This document shows positions 58,794-64,000 of a stretch of DNA of 64,000 bases, piece by piece. The translations under genes and the position numbers were made by a program. Origin of the DNA: Eledone cirrhosa (Eukaryota); contig OZ024745.1 in NCBI GenBank assembly GCA_964016885.1, positions 83,452,001-83,516,000 on the forward strand. The letters are read 5' to 3'. Under the pieces are notes generated by a model. The model did no database searches. It had not been told where the DNA came from and saw only the letters and a program-made list of their open reading frames with translations. Position 1 is the stretch's first letter. Every line of letters starts with the position of its first letter.

Positions 58794-59015
58794 AATTAAG
58801 TTAAACATGTACATCTACATATGCATACTGAAATACTAGTATGCATATGAATACACACACGTATACATATGTAGATGTACCAAGTCTTTCACTGGTTACT
58901 TTACTGTGAGCAACCCAGCTATTCTGTATGTAAACACACAGACAAACCGGTTTTTAGAGTCAAACTGGTTTTCGAGGAAACGCCTTTCCTCTATTCTCCA
59001 GAAAGCCAGACAAGG

Positions 59016-59060
59016 AATATTGAACTAGTTTCGTTGTTGTTACAACTCATCAGCAATATT
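59016..59060 (-). ncRNA. Type I hammerhead ribozyme, family B
   Basis: Exact reverse complement of 59681-59725. Confidence 0.9.
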
Positions 59061-59587
59061 TACCTATCTACCGGCCTTTCTGGAGAATCGTAAAAGCACA
59101 TATCGTTATATGCTTTTTCTATGAAAATTAGTAGTGGGCAGACTAATTTGCATAGAGTGTGAGTACGCACCGGTTCAGCGGAGACGATAAAAACAAATAA
59201 CGAAACGAAATTAAATTTCGCTTCGTTTGTAACTCACTTTTGTATGACTGACGTTTAAACAATTAAGTTAAAAATGTACATCTACATATGCATACTGAAA
59301 TACTAGTATGCATATGAATACACACACGTATACATATGTAGATGTACCAAGTCTTTCATTGGTTACTTTACTGTGAGCATACCAGCTATTCTGTATGTAA
59401 ACACACAGATAAACCGGTTTTTAGAGTCATACTGGTTTTCGAGGAAACGCCTTTCCTCTATTCTCCAGAAATTGTTAATTGTTTAAGCGTCAGTCATACA
59501 AAAGTGAGTTACAAACGAAGCGAAATTTAATTTCGTTTCGTTATTTGTTTTTATCGTCTCCGCTGAACCGGTGCGTACTCACACTCT

Positions 59588-59595
59588 ATGCAAAT
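59588..59595 (+). promoter_or_regulatory. Octamer ATGCAAAT, 92 nt upstream of the HHR core (mirror copy 59146-59153)
   Basis: Exact motif in the same context as family A (CACTC.ATGCAAATT.G.CTGC). Confidence 0.5.
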
Positions 59596-59680
59596 TAGTC
59601 TGCCCACTACTAATTTTCATAGAAAAAGCATATAACGATATGTGCTTTTACGATTCTCCAGAAAGGCCGGTAGATAGGTA

Positions 59681-59725
59681 AATATTGCTGATGAGTTGTA
59701 ACAACAACGAAACTAGTTCAATATT
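59681..59725 (+). ncRNA. Type I hammerhead ribozyme, family B (canonical core; predicted cleavage after 59718)
   Basis: AATATTG-CTGATGA-GTTGT AACA ACAAC-GAAA-CTAG-TT-CAATATT. Confidence 0.9.
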
Positions 59726-60014
59726 CCTTGTCTGGCTTTCTGGAGAATAGAGGAAAGGCGTTTCCTCGAAAACCAGTATGACTCTAAAAACCGGTTTGTC
59801 TGTGTGTTTACATACAGAATAGCTGGGTTGCTCACAGTAAAGTAACCAATGAAAGACTTGGTACATCTACATATGTATACGTGTGTGTATTCATATGCAT
59901 ACTAGTATTTCAGTATGCATATGTAGATGTACATTTTTAACTTAATTGTTTAAGCGTCAGTCATACAAAAGTGAGTTACAAACGAAGCGAAATTTAATTT
60001 CGTTTCGTTATTTG

Positions 60015-60067
<53 letters not shown>

Positions 60068-60094
60068 TATATAATATATATATAATATATATAT

Positions 60095-60198
<104 letters not shown>

Positions 60199-60205
60199 TA
60201 TATAT

Positions 60206-60772
<567 letters not shown>

Positions 60773-60775
<3 letters not shown>

Positions 60776-60945
60776 TGGTTTGGCAGTATTGGTAGAGGGT
60801 CAGAGAATATGCTTTGTAGCACAGAGTTACGCCCCTTTCTGATCTGAGTTCAAATCATGCCGAGGTTAACTTTGCCTTTCATCCTTACGGGGTCGATAAA
60901 ATAAAGTACCAGTAATGCTGGTCTTGTGCCAAAAGTAGAAACAAT
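60773..60945 (+). mobile_element. tRNA-derived SINE
   Basis: Matches the 26364-26548 family; flanked by TA repeats. Confidence 0.87.
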
Positions 60946-61097
60946 TATATATATATATATTATATATATATATTATATATATATAATATATATATTATAT
61001 ATATATATATATATAATATATATATATATATAATAGATATATATATATAATATATATATATATATAATATTTATATAATATATATATATATATATAT

Positions 61098-61155
<58 letters not shown>

Positions 61156-61833
61156 ATGTATATATATATATTATATATATATATATTATATATATATTAT
61201 ATATAATATATATATGATATATATATATATATATAATATATGTATATATAACTACTGCAGTCGTCACTCGCAATCAAGAATAGCTTAGTAGTATGTAATA
61301 TGCTTTTTCTAAGCCCATGATATTGCGAGCATGCCCACACACGAATCTACGTCCTCCTTTGATCTAACGGACCTAGTGGAACCTTGAATAAGAAAAAGGG
61401 TGATCCAGTAATGGGTTTCTTCAATCTTTATTGAACCTGAAAATTAAATGTAAAGTGGATTTGTTAGGCTTTGAAATTGTAACAAATATCCAACGCGTTC
61501 GCGAAATATTTGCATATGAGCACTCACATATAAATATGCGAATTAGTACGTCCATTTTAAGGCTACTGTTATATGTCATGGATATATAAAATCCTCTGTT
61601 GTGTATTTACTTGTGGTTGTTTAGATGAAGTACATGCGTTTTGATGAGAAACGAGCTTATTTCATGTAAATATGTCATGTCATCTTTACATGTCTATCAG
61701 CTAAAAGTGCAAATGTATATATATATACATTTATGCAGTCAGGGTATACACACTCACACACACACACATATATATATATATAACTTTATCACATATTACA
61801 GCTGGTTAGCGCACATCTGATTATATATCTTAA

Positions 61834-62791
61834 CTAGCAGTAAAGCCCGGCGTTGCTCGAGGTCGCTCAGTAGCTGTGTTAAAGTTACAATGTTAAGTTT
61901 CTTTTTTGGCTTAAAAACTGTAGTGTCTACTGTGCAGACTTGCATGTGGTGTTTTTGATTAATATTCCCTCAACCAACAATATGCCTTATGAAGTTAAGA
62001 AAACATAACGATAACCCGAATGTTATAACAAAAGAGGATGCTGGGGATAAAAACTGCACTGGTTATTTATTAACAAAGATCGAAAATGTAAACACTGCAA
62101 CGCAGAGAAAAACATTAGCGTAACCAAATTATCAGTTATGTCTGTCTGCACGCCTATATCACCTCTCTGCACGACTGTCTGTCTGCACGCCTATATCACC
62201 TCTCTGCACGACTGTCTGTCTGCACGCCTATATCACCTCTCTGCACGACTGTCTGTCTGCACGCGTATATCACCTCTCTGCACGACTGTCTGTCTGCACG
62301 CCTAACGAAATTTATATAATTTTTGCTTTTCTTTACGAAATATTTGCTTGTTTTACGTAGTCTTTAAATAGACTTGTTTTCAAGTAAAAATATTGTTTTA
62401 AAATGCTTTTAAATGGAAATTAAGCAAAACGGAAGCTTAGTGTTCGAACTGATGAATTTTGCAGGTCAATATTTTGCTGGCTCGACAACTGTTCGTGTAT
62501 TGTGTTAATGTCATTTTAAACGCTGAGAAAGCCAGCGTATTTTTTTACGTAAGACGCTCAATGTAAACAGAACAAAGGGAAATAACTGATAACTTACGCT
62601 CAAAAATCGATACATTATATTCGATTTCGTCACATAGGGTGGGTCAATTTGAAATATTTTTTTTCCGATGTCTTCGCTAGGGCTCAATGTACAAGTATAG
62701 CAATTTCTGTGCAATTCCGTGAGAGATTCTAAGAGGAGATGTGTGCCAAAATCGATAGACAGACAGACAACCACAGTTTTATATATATAGA
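61834..62791 (-). mobile_element. Non-autonomous Helitron
   Basis: Minus strand reads A|TCTATATATATAAAA...CCTCGAGCAACGCCGGG-CTTTACTG-CTAG|T: 5' TC, subterminal GC-rich hairpin, 3' CTAG, A/T target, no TSD. Confidence 0.8.
62139..62303. repeat. 37-bp minisatellite (~4.4 copies) inside the Helitron
   Basis: Unit TGTCTGTCTGCACGCCTATATCACCTCTCTGCACGAC. Confidence 0.93.
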
Positions 62792-62914
62792 TTAACTACA
62801 GACATGAGCACTAATAATATGCAAATCAGAACGACCGTATCAATATACTGTGATTGGCCATATAAGTCTTTCCATATAGATCATAAACACACCGTATAGT
62901 GAGAGCGCGATCGT

Positions 62915-64000
62915 GTGCAAATATTAAATTCAGGAAAGTCAACATACCTTTCCAAACGGACTTAAAGGAGAAACTTCTGAAAATGAAAAGTTTCCCGTAC
63001 ACCCACGTCCCTTCAGACAAAACAAAAAATACTTATACGGTTATTCCCGACACCTACAACAAGCTTGCTGATAATGCCATCACAGCAAAGTACAAAAAAG
63101 TTGATGACACTACTTTGACTGAAATCAACTTAGCCGGAAAGAAGATCGCCACTTCCCTTAAACTGGAAGACCGGACAGAACCTCTGAGGGTAAAGTCCCC
63201 ACACTTCACCCTGAAAGACCACAAGAACAACTTTGATAATAAACCGTCGGTCCGGCTGATTAACTCGACCAAGTCTGACATAGGATCCGTCAGTAAGAAG
63301 ATCTTGGACAGGATTCTACCTAGACTACGTGCTGCCTCACCCCTCCCACTCTTGAATAGGACATCCGAGGCAATCACATGGTTCCGGGATTTGCCCGAAA
63401 AAAGCAACACCCGTTTCCTGCAGCTAGACATCGAGGACTATTACGCCTCCATATCAGAGAGCCTGCTGATTGACGCGATTAACTTCGCCAGGAACTTTAC
63501 CACCATCACCGAAGCCGAGCAGGATGTGATCCTCCATGCACGTAAGACTTTTCTTTACTATGACAGATCCTACTGGATCAACAACAAATCTGAGACCCCC
63601 TTCGACGTTAGCATGGGTGTTAGCGACTCGGCTGAAATAAGTGACCTTGTGGGTCTGTTCATCCTCCACAGGTTGAAGACCCTCTTCACAGGCCTCTCCG
63701 GCGGTCTCTACCGAGATTACGGCCTCTTTGCCCTCCACAAAATCAACCCCAGGACGACGGATGGGTTCAGGAAAAAGCTTTACACCTTCTTTAAAAAACT
63801 TAGGGCTTAGGATTACCTTAGATTCGAACTTAACTAAAGCTAACTTCCTAGACGTTACCCTCGACTTAGAAACTTCCCTTTACTACCCGTACTACAAACC
63901 TAATGAATCCCTTAGATATATAGACGTTAATTCTAGCCACCCCAAAAATATATTAGACAACCTAGTGAAAAGTGTCTCCATTAGGATATCTAGCCTCGCC
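62915..64000 (+). mobile_element. Penelope-like element RT region (frameshift ~63800; runs out of the window)
   Basis: SDKTKNTY, TLKDHK, VRLIN, LDIEDYYASI, FDVSMG, GLYRDYGL, then NFLDVTLDL...SSHP in the next frame. Confidence 0.88.

Larger units (their letters stand above)
58791..60020. mobile_element. Retrozyme-like non-coding element, family B (467-nt monomer; ~1.45 units -, then ~1.2 units +)
   Basis: Direct repeat at 58791 and 59258, inversion junction ~59470, a perfect HHR on each arm, (TA)n on both flanks. Confidence 0.87.

Noticed and set aside
58875-59866. Repeated 72-aa ORF MYQVFHWLL...
   Set aside because: It is antisense to the ribozyme strand and repeated only because the monomer is repeated. 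No recognisable motif.
61508-61515. Isolated octamer motifs (61508, ~62819)
   Set aside because: Expected by chance in AT-rich DNA, with no associated HHR or conserved context.
62139-62303. 37-bp repeats as a CRISPR array
   Set aside because: The units are contiguous with no spacers. This is a minisatellite inside a Helitron.

Overview
AT-rich eukaryotic (animal) genomic DNA. The SINE family, the TE spectrum and the (TA)n/(TG)n density suggest an octopus-like mollusc; this is an inference. No host gene is supported, and most predicted ORFs are translations of microsatellites. The window is a nest of retroelements: two head-to-tail Tx1/L1-type LINEs, RTE and CRE LINE remnants, tRNA-derived SINEs, one non-autonomous Helitron, and at least six Penelope-like element (PLE) insertions of two types. 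The main signal is non-coding. About 15 type I hammerhead ribozyme (HHR) motifs, intact or degenerate and mostly with a palindromic stem III, lie at PLE 3' ends and in several small non-coding retrozyme-like families (monomers ~425 and ~467 nt). Two of these families carry an octamer motif (ATGCAAAT) at a similar distance upstream of the ribozyme. One PLE carries a hammerhead with a compensatory U3-A8 core. Most HHR-bearing insertions, coding or not, form head-to-head foldbacks with 3' ends pointing outward, usually into (TA)n tracts (0.14-5.8 kb), which points to one PLE-driven mobilisation system that also transports microsatellite mosaics. All structures were read by eye and coordinates are approximate.
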